From contig JBQCGM010000110.1 of the NCBI GenBank assembly GCA_051955585.1, forward strand, positions 17,495 through 81,494: 64,000 nt of DNA, read 5' to 3'. This DNA comes from Novosphingobium sp. (lineage in GTDB: Bacteria; Pseudomonadota; Alphaproteobacteria; Sphingomonadales; Sphingomonadaceae). The translations under genes and the position numbers were made by a program. This document shows positions 8,750-17,290 of the stretch, piece by piece. Below the pieces are notes generated by a model that worked only from the letters and a program-made list of their open reading frames with translations, searched no databases and was not told where the DNA came from. How positions within the stretch are numbered: position 1 is the first letter of the stretch; the number at the start of each line of letters is the position of its first letter.

Positions 8750-10735
8750 ATGTCCGACGACCTGTTCGATAAGCTCCCCGCCGGCAGCGGCACGACCTAC
8801 GACGCTTCGGCCATCGAAGTGCTGGAAGGGCTTGAGCCCGTCCGCCGCCGCCCCGGCATGTACATCGGCGGGATCGACGAACGCGCGCTGCACCATCTCG
8901 CCGCCGAAGTGCTCGACAACGCGATGGACGAGGCCGTCGCCGGCCATGCCAACCGGATCGAGGTCACGCTCGACGAGGGCAACAAGCTCACCATCACCGA
9001 CAACGGCCGGGGCATCCCGGTGGACGAGCATCCCAAGTATCCGGGCAAGTCGGCGCTGGAGGTGATCCTCTCGACGCTGCACTCGGGCGGCAAGTTCTCC
9101 GGCAAGGCCTATGCGACTTCGGGCGGCCTCCACGGCGTCGGCATCAGCGTGGTCAACGCGCTGTCCAGCCTGACCCGAGTGGAAGTGGCGATCAACAAGG
9201 AACTCTACGCGCAGGAGTTCTCGCGCGGCGAGACGCTCGGCCCGCTGCAGCGCCTCGGCGGCACGCCCAACCGGCGCGGCACCGCGATCACCTTCATTCC
9301 CGATGCCGAAATCTTCGGCGAGGATGCCAGGTTCAAGCCGCTGCGCCTGTTCAAGCTGGTCCGGTCGAAGGCCTATCTTTTCGCCGGAGTGGAAATCCGC
9401 TGGAAATGCGCGCCCAGCCTCGCCAGCGAGGAGGTGCCGGCAGAGGCGGTGTTCCAGTTCCCCGGCGGCTTGGCCGATCACCTGACCGAGCAGGTTGCCG
9501 GCCGCGAATGCGTTACGACCAAGTTCTTCTCCGGTAGCCAGGACTTCCCCGGCGAGGCGCAAGGCCGCGTCGAATGGGCGATCGCCTGGCCGTTGTGGTC
9601 GGACGGCGCCTATTCCTGGTACTGCAACACGATCCCCACCCCCGACGGCGGCACCCATGAACAGGGGCTTCGGGCGGCGCTGACCAAGGGCATCCGCGCC
9701 TTCGCCGAACTGATCGGCCAGAAGAAGGCCAAGGACATCGCGCCGGAGGACGTGATCACCGGCAGCGAGATCATGCTGTCGGTCTTCATCCGCGATCCCC
9801 AGTTCCAGAGCCAGACCAAGGACCGCCTGACCTCGCCCGAGGCTGCGCGCCTGGTCGAGAACGCGGTGCGCGACCATTTCGACCACTTCCTCTCCGACAA
9901 CCTCGAGCGCGGCAAGGCCCTGCTCGGCCATGTCCTGGAGCGCATGGATGAACGGTTGCGCCGCAAGGCGGAGCGAGAAGTCAAGCGCAAGACCGCCACC
10001 AACGCCCGCAAGCTGCGCCTGCCCGGCAAGCTGACCGACTGCTCGGGCGAAGGCGGCGGCGAGACCGAGCTGTTCATCGTCGAAGGCGACAGCGCCGGCG
10101 GCTCGGCCAAGCAGGCCCGAGACCGCAAGACCCAGGCCATATTGCCGATACGCGGAAAGATCCTAAACGTAGCCAGCGCCACCGCCGACAAGATCCGCGC
10201 CAACTCCGAGATTGCCGATCTCGGCCTCGCGCTCGGCTGCGGCTTCCGCAAGGACTGCAACCCCGACAACCTGCGCTACGACCGGATCGTCATCATGACC
10301 GACGCCGACGTCGACGGCGCGCACATCGCGACCCTGCTGATGACCTTCTTCTTCCAGGAGATGCCCGAGGTCGTTCGTCGCGGGCATCTCTACCTCGCCC
10401 AGCCCCCGCTCTACCGCCTTACTGCCGGCACGCTTTCCGCCTACGCCCGCGACGACGCCCACCGCGCGGAACTCGAGGCGACGACCTTCAAGGGCAAGAA
10501 GGTCGAAGTCGGCCGCTTCAAAGGCCTGGGCGAAATGAACCCGCAGCAACTCCGCGAAACGACGATGGACCCGGCCAAGCGCAGTCTCGTGCGGATCACC
10601 CTGCCGCCCGAATACGAAGGCCGCGCGGCGGTGAAGGACCTCGTCGACAAGCTCATGGGCCGCGACCCGGCCCAACGCTTCATGTTCATCCAGAACCGCG
10701 CCGGCGAGCTGGATCCGGAGCTGATCGACGCTTGA
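8750..10735 (+). CDS. parE: DNA topoisomerase IV subunit B
   Basis: ~661 aa, too short for GyrB. YDASAIEVLEGLEPVRRRPGMYIGG, EVLDNAMDEA, GGLHGVG, and Toprim motifs PGKLTDC / EGDSAGGSAKQARDR. ATG 8750 chosen over the ORF-track TTG at 8660. Confidence 0.9.
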   Translation: MSDDLFDKLPAGSGTTYDASAIEVLEGLEPVRRRPGMYIGGIDERALHHLAAEVLDNAMDEAVAGHANRIEVTLDEGNKLTITDNGRGIPVDEHPKYPGKSALEVILSTLHSGGKFSGKAYATSGGLHGVGISVVNALSSLTRVEVAINKELYAQEFSRGETLGPLQRLGGTPNRRGTAITFIPDAEIFGEDARFKPLRLFKLVRSKAYLFAGVEIRWKCAPSLASEEVPAEAVFQFPGGLADHLTEQVAGRECVTTKFFSGSQDFPGEAQGRVEWAIAWPLWSDGAYSWYCNTIPTPDGGTHEQGLRAALTKGIRAFAELIGQKKAKDIAPEDVITGSEIMLSVFIRDPQFQSQTKDRLTSPEAARLVENAVRDHFDHFLSDNLERGKALLGHVLERMDERLRRKAEREVKRKTATNARKLRLPGKLTDCSGEGGGETELFIVEGDSAGGSAKQARDRKTQAILPIRGKILNVASATADKIRANSEIADLGLALGCGFRKDCNPDNLRYDRIVIMTDADVDGAHIATLLMTFFFQEMPEVVRRGHLYLAQPPLYRLTAGTLSAYARDDAHRAELEATTFKGKKVEVGRFKGLGEMNPQQLRETTMDPAKRSLVRITLPPEYEGRAAVKDLVDKLMGRDPAQRFMFIQNRAGELDPELIDA

Positions 10736-10741
10736 TCACGG

Positions 10742-11440
10742 TCAGCGCGGGATCAACTCGTGGGTCGAATAGGCCATGATACCGAGATAGGCGACGAGGC
10801 CGAGATACATCGCACCATATTCGAGCCGCTTTTGCATGGTCACTCCATAGTACCGGGCGTTCTCGGGATTGGCGGGATCGTAGTGCCACGCCTTCTGCAG
10901 GGCTGAGATCGAGGCGATGCCGATGAGCACCAGCAGTGGGCTTGGCATGTAAATGAAGGCGACAATCAGGATCGGGACCCCGGCGAACCATATCCGGGGC
11001 GACAGGATTGCAGTGATGCGCCCTCCGTCAAGCGGCGAGATCGGCATCAGGTTGAAGAAATTGAGAAAGAACCCGGCATAGGCTATCGCCAACAAGGTCC
11101 CGTCCTGGGTTTCCCGACCCCAGAAGTAGCACGCAACCGCCCCCAGCGTTCCGGTGAAGGGACCGGCAAAGGCGACATAGGCTTCGGTCTCCACGTCAGG
11201 CGGGTTTTCCTTGAGCTCGATCCACGCGCCCACGAACGGGATGAAGGTCGGCGCGCCGACATTGAGGCCGCGTTGTTGCGCGGCCACATAATGCCCCATC
11301 TCGTGCAAGAACAGCAGGCCGACGAACCCAACCGCGTAGGGCCATCCGAACATGCCTGCATAGACCGCCAACGAGAGCAGCATCGAACCGGCCGTGAGGC
11401 CGATCTTCCCCAGTTTCAGGAGGACTAGAAGCTTGAGCAC
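10742..11440 (-). CDS. minimal site-2 protease (peptidase M50 family, no PDZ domain)
   Basis: 232 aa, polytopic. HEMGHY (HExxH) in a TM helix and FNLMPISPLDGG (NxxPxxxLDG) motif. GTG start lies 2 nt after the upstream stop. Confidence 0.75.
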   Translation of the reverse strand: MLKLLVLLKLGKIGLTAGSMLLSLAVYAGMFGWPYAVGFVGLLFLHEMGHYVAAQQRGLNVGAPTFIPFVGAWIELKENPPDVETEAYVAFAGPFTGTLGAVACYFWGRETQDGTLLAIAYAGFFLNFFNLMPISPLDGGRITAILSPRIWFAGVPILIVAFIYMPSPLLVLIGIASISALQKAWHYDPANPENARYYGVTMQKRLEYGAMYLGLVAYLGIMAYSTHELIPR

Positions 11441-11442
11441 CT

Positions 11443-12435
11443 CTATTCTGCGAGCGGAGGTGGGGTGTCCGGCGCTGGTGCTGGAGCGGAAGGTTCCACC
11501 GCTTCCTCCCCGTCCTCACATGCGTAGCTGTCCTCTGCCTCGCCCTTTCCGAAGAAGCGCTTGATCGCGGCCCAGCCTGCGATCACCGCGACCAGGAGCA
11601 ACTTCCATACCTTCAGCAGCAAGACGCCCAAGGCCGCAAAAAGGCCCATTTTCTTGATCGCCACCGCACCGACCAAGCCTGCCAGCCCGTAGGCGGCGAC
11701 CTTGTCGGTAGACTCGTTGAAGTCCTCATAGCGCTTGCCGCCTTTGAACTCGAGCGAAGCGAGGAGGGAATGGACAACCGCCTTGTCGGACGCGATCGCC
11801 GTGCTGGATGTCACCAGGCCGAGACTGACGTACCCGTTTCGCCCCAAGGCGAAGGTGTTGTAATTGACCGTCTGCGGTTGATTGGCCGCTGCCCCCTCGT
11901 CGCGAGCCGCGAGGGACCAGACCAGCTTGTGGCCTTGACCGTCATAAGTCGGAGGTTCGATCCAGCCGACGATCTGCATCGCCGGAATGCCCTTGGCGAC
12001 GCGTTCCGTGTTCTGTTCGGCTGTGCCTTCACGCATGCCCTCGAGCATGGTGTCGGGTTCCCATTCCTTGGCGTCGCCATCCTTGACGTAGCCCTCGTCG
12101 ATCCATTCGACATCGACGAACCAGTCTTGTCCCTTGGCTGTCGGAACGATGAGCCCGATGCGTGTGGGCGACACGGAATTGCCCATTGCCGCCATAAGCC
12201 TGTTGGCTTCCGCCGATGGGACGAAGACCGTTCCCGCCGGTAGTTCCAGCGAGGCTTGATCTGCGACTGGCACGTCGCGCGGTCCATCGATGGCTGCCTT
12301 GCCGGCCGCCTGCCAGGCAGCATCGAGCTCGGCGCGATTGGCGTCGGTAGGTTGGGCGCTTGCCAGCGATCCCACGAACAATAGGGCCCCGGCAAACGCC
12401 AAAGGCCGAACGATACGGCGAACAAGCTCAAGCAT
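11443..12435 (-). CDS. DUF2167-like membrane-anchored exported protein
   Basis: Signal peptide, then ...GPRDVPVADQASLELPAGTVFVPSAEANRLMAAMGN..., which I recall as DUF2167-like. Two C-terminal TM helices and an acidic/Pro-rich tail. Confidence 0.6.
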   Translation of the reverse strand: MLELVRRIVRPLAFAGALLFVGSLASAQPTDANRAELDAAWQAAGKAAIDGPRDVPVADQASLELPAGTVFVPSAEANRLMAAMGNSVSPTRIGLIVPTAKGQDWFVDVEWIDEGYVKDGDAKEWEPDTMLEGMREGTAEQNTERVAKGIPAMQIVGWIEPPTYDGQGHKLVWSLAARDEGAAANQPQTVNYNTFALGRNGYVSLGLVTSSTAIASDKAVVHSLLASLEFKGGKRYEDFNESTDKVAAYGLAGLVGAVAIKKMGLFAALGVLLLKVWKLLLVAVIAGWAAIKRFFGKGEAEDSYACEDGEEAVEPSAPAPAPDTPPPLAE

Positions 12436-12571
12436 CTATTTCCCCCCAGCTAGGCTGAGGGTAATCGCGCTCCGAAATATTTCAAAACGTTTCCTGCATT
12501 CTTATCCGAAACGGTTCTTATTGCCCGATTGTGGATTGAATGAGCTTCGACGTACCTTCAACAATTTGGAA

Positions 12572-13549
12572 TTACGCAGAATTCTGGCGAGGTTCGGCCA
12601 GCAACCGCCCCAACCACGCATCCCGAGCTTGCGTGCAGGCCCGCGACACCGCAGCATCCGGCATGATCGAATAGAAGCCGTGGAATGCCCCCGGCCAGAC
12701 GTGCAGTTCGCACAGGCCACCCGCCGCCATGATCCGCCGAGCGTAGTCCATCGCTTCGTCGCGGAAGGTTTCGGCCGAGCCCACGTCGATGAAGGTCGGC
12801 GGCAGGTTCGACAGGTCGGTCATTCGCGCCGGGGCGGAATAAGGATCGACCCGATCGGTGCCATAACTCTCGCCCAGCACGGCCTGCCAGGCGGTGACGT
12901 TGCACTGCCGATCCCAGACGCCCTGCCCTTCGAGCTGGCGGGCCGAGGCGCTGTCGCAACGATCGTCGATCATCGGGCATTGCAGGATCTGGCCGAGCAG
13001 CCTTGGCCCGCCCCGGTCGCGGGCCAGCAAGGCGGTCCCTGCCGCCAGTCCGCCGCCCGCACTGCCCCCGAAGACGACGATGCGGTCAGGATCGATTCCC
13101 AGCGTCGCGGCATTCTCGGCCATCCAGACTAGCCCGGCATAGCAATCCTCGACCAGCGCCGGGGCCCGGTGCTCGGGCGCCAAGCGATATTCGATCGAGA
13201 CACAGACCGCGCCATGCTCCACCGCCCAGCGCGCGAGAACATCGGCGCCGATGAACCGGTTTCCCATCACCATGCCGCCGCCGTGAATGTGATAGATGCC
13301 CGGCCCGGCAGGAGCCCGGTCGCGCGGAGCGATTACCGAGACGAGGACGGTCGCGCCATCATGGCTGGGGATCTCATGGTCGGTGCAGGTCACCGCCGCA
13401 TCGCCGATCGCCATCTCCAGGGTCATCTCGCCCATCGCGCGCAGCTTGGCGATGTCCTTGTGCTCCATTCCCAGCGGGAACATTCCCGCAGTGGCGGCGA
13501 GAAAGGCGGCGAGTTCGGGATCGAACGGGGACTTTTCGGCAGTCGTCAT
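12572..13549 (-). CDS. alpha/beta hydrolase, hormone-sensitive-lipase-type esterase
   Basis: Oxyanion motif HGGGMVMG and nucleophile elbow GGSAGGG. ATG 13549 preferred. An in-frame GTG at 13609 is an alternative start. Confidence 0.8.
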   Translation of the reverse strand: MTTAEKSPFDPELAAFLAATAGMFPLGMEHKDIAKLRAMGEMTLEMAIGDAAVTCTDHEIPSHDGATVLVSVIAPRDRAPAGPGIYHIHGGGMVMGNRFIGADVLARWAVEHGAVCVSIEYRLAPEHRAPALVEDCYAGLVWMAENAATLGIDPDRIVVFGGSAGGGLAAGTALLARDRGGPRLLGQILQCPMIDDRCDSASARQLEGQGVWDRQCNVTAWQAVLGESYGTDRVDPYSAPARMTDLSNLPPTFIDVGSAETFRDEAMDYARRIMAAGGLCELHVWPGAFHGFYSIMPDAAVSRACTQARDAWLGRLLAEPRQNSA

Positions 13550-13739
13550 CCCCTGCAGCGATACCGCACCCCTACCGGCAAGGCCACCCCGATCGGGCCT
13601 CTCTGCCACATTTTCGCCACATACTAACCAAGTTGAACATTTCGTCGTTGGTGGAGAACGCTTTGCCGTTCATAAGCCTAATGTCTACTTAACTGGTAGA
13701 CGCGGTTGGCGGCCACGTTGGCTGCTTGGGAGAACCTCA

Positions 13740-14657
13740 ATGCGCGTCAGAAATCCCTCCAAGCTGATCCTCGCAACGACCACTGCCCTGCTGCTCGTTT
13801 CCGGCTGTTCGCAAAAGAGCGAAGACGCCGCCGACAAGCCCGCCCCCGTCCGAGCCGACGTCGCGCCGGCGCCGGTGGACCACGCCGAAGCCGTCGCGTC
13901 CGGCCAGGCCGGGCCCGACATCGGCGGCGCCGTGGCCCCAGGCGTCGCCTTCACCTACCAATATGCCTTCACCCTGCCCGCCAAGGCGATTTCCGGCGTC
14001 CAGCGCCAGCACGCCGCCGCGTGCGAGCGGCTCGGCACGTCGCGCTGCCGGGTCACCGGAATGCGCTATGAACAGCCGAACGAGGACGAGGTCGCGGCCG
14101 AGCTCGACTTGCTCCTTGCTCCCGACCTGGCCCACCGGTTCGGCACGGAGGGCATCGCCGCAGTCGAAGCGGCCGAGGGCAAGGTCGATCGGGCTTCCGT
14201 CAACGGCGAGGACGCCGGCAGCACGATCACCCTGTCGCAACAGAACAGCGCAGCGAACCAAGCCGAGATCCAGCGGCTGGAGGCGCGGCTCAAGGCCAGC
14301 GGGCTCAGCAAGGAGGAACGCACGGAGCTGACCCGCCGCGCCGAAGACCTCCGCGCCCAAATGCGCGGCGAAGCCGACGTTCGGCGCGGCAAGGAAGCCG
14401 CCATCGCTTCCACCCCGGTCAGCTTCACCTATTCGAGCGAAGGCCTGCTCGGCTCGCAGGGCAGCTTCGGCAAGGCCGCGGGCGCATCCTGGGGCAATGT
14501 CGAGACGATGTTCTCGGTCATGCTGCTGGTGTTGGGCTACGCTTTTCCGTGGCTGCTGTTGGCGGGCCTGGGGATCCTCGCTTGGCGCCTGCTGAAGGCC
14601 AAGCGCCGGCTTGCGGCCCTGACCGGCGGATCCGCTGGTGCCCCTGCAGAAGGCTAA
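13740..14657 (+). CDS. lipoprotein with coiled-coil region and C-terminal TM anchor (DUF4349-like)
   Basis: MRVRNPSKLILATTTALLLVSGC lipobox. Central Ala/Glu/Arg-rich segment. C-terminal helix LLVLGYAFPWLLLAGLGILAW. The upstream part of ORF 13296.. is antisense to the esterase gene. Confidence 0.55.
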   Translation: MRVRNPSKLILATTTALLLVSGCSQKSEDAADKPAPVRADVAPAPVDHAEAVASGQAGPDIGGAVAPGVAFTYQYAFTLPAKAISGVQRQHAAACERLGTSRCRVTGMRYEQPNEDEVAAELDLLLAPDLAHRFGTEGIAAVEAAEGKVDRASVNGEDAGSTITLSQQNSAANQAEIQRLEARLKASGLSKEERTELTRRAEDLRAQMRGEADVRRGKEAAIASTPVSFTYSSEGLLGSQGSFGKAAGASWGNVETMFSVMLLVLGYAFPWLLLAGLGILAWRLLKAKRRLAALTGGSAGAPAEG

Positions 14658-14664
14658 CGAGCGT

Positions 14665-14696
14665 CCCCGCGCCGGCTCCCCCGGGCCGGCGCGGGG
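14665..14696. terminator. bidirectional hairpin between convergent genes
   Basis: CCCCGCGCCGGC (14665-14676) and GCCGGCGCGGGG (14685-14696) form a perfect 12-bp stem with an 8-nt loop, between the stops at 14657 and 14702. Confidence 0.6.
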
Positions 14697-14701
14697 ATTG
14701 C

Positions 14702-16081
14702 TCAGATCAGGTAGCCGACTTCATAGATTCCCCAGCGCCGGCCGTTGAAGGCTAGGGGTACGAAGACGCTGCGCAGGGTGCGAAAGCGGCCGTCGCCGAA
14801 ATCCTGGCGATAGGTGTAAACAAAGTACTCCCCATCGGCGTCGAGCGCCCGGCGGGTCTGGTTGTCCATGAAGATCTGGCGGTTGCGGCTGTGCTCCAGG
14901 TTCCAGCGGCGATCGCCCGGGCGCTGCGGCTTGCTGCGTTCGCTGATGTGGGTGGGCAGGAAGCCGTTGCGATCGACCAGGCAGCAACCGACGATCGCGG
15001 CGTGTTCGGCGGTGCGGCGATCGAGGATCGGCCGGACCGTGCGGTCGGCGAAGACGACGAAGCCGGTGTCGTATTGGGGCGGATCGGTGGCCGGCAGCGG
15101 ACGGTAATCCTCGTCGAACAAGGCTTCGGCGGACAGCACGCCCGACTTCAGCCCGCTGCGGATCGCTTCGATCACCTCATGGGCTCCAGCCAGGGCCAGA
15201 GTCACGAATTGCGAATTGCGCGTGGCGACGCCGCCGTGCGCAACCTGGTCGAGCATGTCGTTGGAGCGGCATTCGAGTTCCGCGAGCTGGTCCTGCGCCT
15301 CGCTCGCGCTGGCGGCGCTGACTTTGGCCAGTTCCTGGAAGTCGGCGAGGCCTTCGGCGACCTTGGCGACCTCCGTTCCCGCGTTCGCGGTACATTCGGC
15401 GATGGCGTGGGAACGGTCCTTGAACTGCACCACGACGGCGGCCATTTCGGACAGGCTGACCCGCAGGCCATCGATCGTCCCACCCGTCTCGCGGCCGCTG
15501 GCGATGTTCGCCTCGACGCCGTCGATCAGGCCTCGCGCCGCCTTCTCGAGCTGGCCGAGCCTAGCCTCCACGGTGCCGGTGAACTGCGCGGCCTGGGCGG
15601 CGAGGCCCCTGATCTCGTCGGCCACGACGGCAAAGCCACGGGTTGCCTCTCCGCCTCGCGACGCTTCGATTCTGGCGTTGAGGCCAAGGATCTGGGTCTG
15701 GTCGGTGATGCGCTTGAGCGAGTGGGATATGCCGCCGACCGCCGCGATGTTCTCGAGGAATTCGCGCAGCTGGCTCTCGAGCCCGACGACTCCTTCGATC
15801 AGGCCGGCGAGCCGGTCGAGCGAGCTTTCAGCAGCATAATTGCTGCGCGAGAGGATGTCTTCGGCGCTGGCGGCCGTGCCAAGCAGTTCCTGCGCCGCCA
15901 CGCCGCTTTCGGCCTGGTTGGCGGCCAGCGAATCCATGTTGGCCTTGAGATGGGCGAGGCGCTGTGCCTCGGCCTGGATCTGGTGGTTGAGCTGGCCGAG
16001 GAAGCCCCCGGTCTCGCTGCATTGCACTGCCAATTCGGCCGATTGTTCTCCGAGGTTCGCCAGCAATTCGTCGGTGGTCAT
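14702..16081 (-). CDS. soluble methyl-accepting chemotaxis-type protein with a C-terminal sensor-like domain
   Basis: No TM segment. MCP hairpin core ...QTQILGLNARIEASRGGEATRGFAVVADEIRGLAAQA... in the N-terminal two thirds. The C-terminal ~150 aa (...CCLVDRNGFLPTHISERS...SRNRQIF...) resemble Cache/PAS-like sensor modules. Confidence 0.8.
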   Translation of the reverse strand: MTTDELLANLGEQSAELAVQCSETGGFLGQLNHQIQAEAQRLAHLKANMDSLAANQAESGVAAQELLGTAASAEDILSRSNYAAESSLDRLAGLIEGVVGLESQLREFLENIAAVGGISHSLKRITDQTQILGLNARIEASRGGEATRGFAVVADEIRGLAAQAAQFTGTVEARLGQLEKAARGLIDGVEANIASGRETGGTIDGLRVSLSEMAAVVVQFKDRSHAIAECTANAGTEVAKVAEGLADFQELAKVSAASASEAQDQLAELECRSNDMLDQVAHGGVATRNSQFVTLALAGAHEVIEAIRSGLKSGVLSAEALFDEDYRPLPATDPPQYDTGFVVFADRTVRPILDRRTAEHAAIVGCCLVDRNGFLPTHISERSKPQRPGDRRWNLEHSRNRQIFMDNQTRRALDADGEYFVYTYRQDFGDGRFRTLRSVFVPLAFNGRRWGIYEVGYLI

Positions 16082-16129
16082 CCAGTCGCGTCCTAAAGTC
16101 CCTCCGCTTCGGAACTTTCAGGGTTAACG

Positions 16130-16161
16130 GTTGCAATGCAACATGAATTTTGCACTGCAAC
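16130..16161. promoter_or_regulatory. tandem palindromic sites TTGCA-N-TGCAA (candidate operator) upstream of the MCP gene
   Basis: gTTGCAaTGCAAc at 16130-16142 and TTGCAcTGCAAc at 16150-16161, with starts 19 nt apart and 50-80 nt upstream of ATG 16081. Confidence 0.4.
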
Positions 16162-16178
16162 AAGAATTATCCGCCGGG

Positions 16179-16628
16179 TCAGCCGGGATAGGGCCGCTGG
16201 TCGAAGTGCAGGTAGCTCAGGCGGTTGGTCTTGATCCGCCACTTGCCGTCGGGGCACTTCACGTAGCGCTCGTGATAATGGCCATAACCGGTGTGACCGT
16301 ATTCGCCGGCGGCCTCGCGGCGATCCTCGGCCATCTCGACCCGGTCGTTCATCGCCCAGATCACGTCGGCGCCCTGCCCGTCGGCATCGAACACGATCTC
16401 GGGATTGTGGACCTGGTGCGCGGTCCTGGCATGTTCGATCGAGCCGAGCACCGCCTTCATCACCGCATCGCGGCCGGCGATCTTGTAGCCGCCGATCGGC
16501 GTGGTATCGAGCTCGTAGTCCTCGGTGAAGCAGTCGGCGTATCCGGCCCAGTCCTTGGTATCCATGCACCGGCAGTAGCGCGCCTTGGTCTCGCAGATCG
16601 CCAGCCAGTCGGTGAAATTCGCCGTCAT
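16179..16628 (-). CDS. SnoaL-like / NTF2-fold protein
   Basis: 149 aa. ...ICETKARYCRCMDTKDWAGYADCFTEDY... typical of SnoaL_4-type proteins. Its ATG overlaps the upstream stop (ATGA). Confidence 0.65.
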   Translation of the reverse strand: MTANFTDWLAICETKARYCRCMDTKDWAGYADCFTEDYELDTTPIGGYKIAGRDAVMKAVLGSIEHARTAHQVHNPEIVFDADGQGADVIWAMNDRVEMAEDRREAAGEYGHTGYGHYHERYVKCPDGKWRIKTNRLSYLHFDQRPYPG

Positions 16629-17170
16629 CGCATCGCCTCTCCAGATGGCGCGCCGTGCCGCCAGCCGAGCACCGGATAGGACATGTCCTCCCCCGTCCGG
16701 TGCCCCGGCTTGAGCTGGGCATGGGCGAAGTAGTCCTCGTCGACGCGCAGGCTGACCGACCAGTCGCGCAGGCAGGTGCGGTGCTTGATGCGCCATTCCC
16801 CGCCGCGTTTCTCCAGCCTGTCGACATAGCGCCCGCCGAGCTGGCTGCAACGCGGTTCGCCGTCGGGCGCCGTATCGAGCGTGACGGCGATGTAATAGGT
16901 CTCGGCCCCGGCTCGGTCGCCGTCGATCTCGACCAGCGACTGGCCAAGCAGGTGGCTTAGCGTCCGGCAAGTCGACGGGATGATCTGCCCGCTCATCTTG
17001 CGCGCGAAGGCCGGTCCGACATCCTGCGCGGTGCCGTGGTCGTCCCAGGAATCCTCCCAGTAGCAAGCGACCATCCGCTCGGTGTCGCAGCGGTCGCAGG
17101 CGTGGGCATATTCAGCCATGAGCCGGACTATCGCCTGGTGGTCGAGCAGGTCTTGCAGGCGCGGATCCAT
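16625..17170 (-). CDS. SnoaL-like / NTF2-fold protein (paralogue)
   Basis: 181 aa. LLDHQAIVRLMAEYAHACDRCDTERMVACYWEDSWDDHG.... Same fold family as the downstream gene. Confidence 0.65.
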   Translation of the reverse strand: MDPRLQDLLDHQAIVRLMAEYAHACDRCDTERMVACYWEDSWDDHGTAQDVGPAFARKMSGQIIPSTCRTLSHLLGQSLVEIDGDRAGAETYYIAVTLDTAPDGEPRCSQLGGRYVDRLEKRGGEWRIKHRTCLRDWSVSLRVDEDYFAHAQLKPGHRTGEDMSYPVLGWRHGAPSGEAMR

Positions 17171-17290
17171 CCGATTCTCCCGATCGTTTTGGGGCAGCCT
17201 AGACAGGCCCGCAATCGCGTCAATTGCGCTTGCCCGACGCCGAGGGCCGACTTACTGCCTTGCGCGCAAAGCCACACGACAGGACCCACG

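Noticed and set aside
16125-16165. Possible sigma-54 promoter, because TTGCA matches the -12 element.
   Set aside because: There is no GG-containing -24 element (TGGCAC) at the required spacing on either strand. The repeats are better described as palindromic operators.
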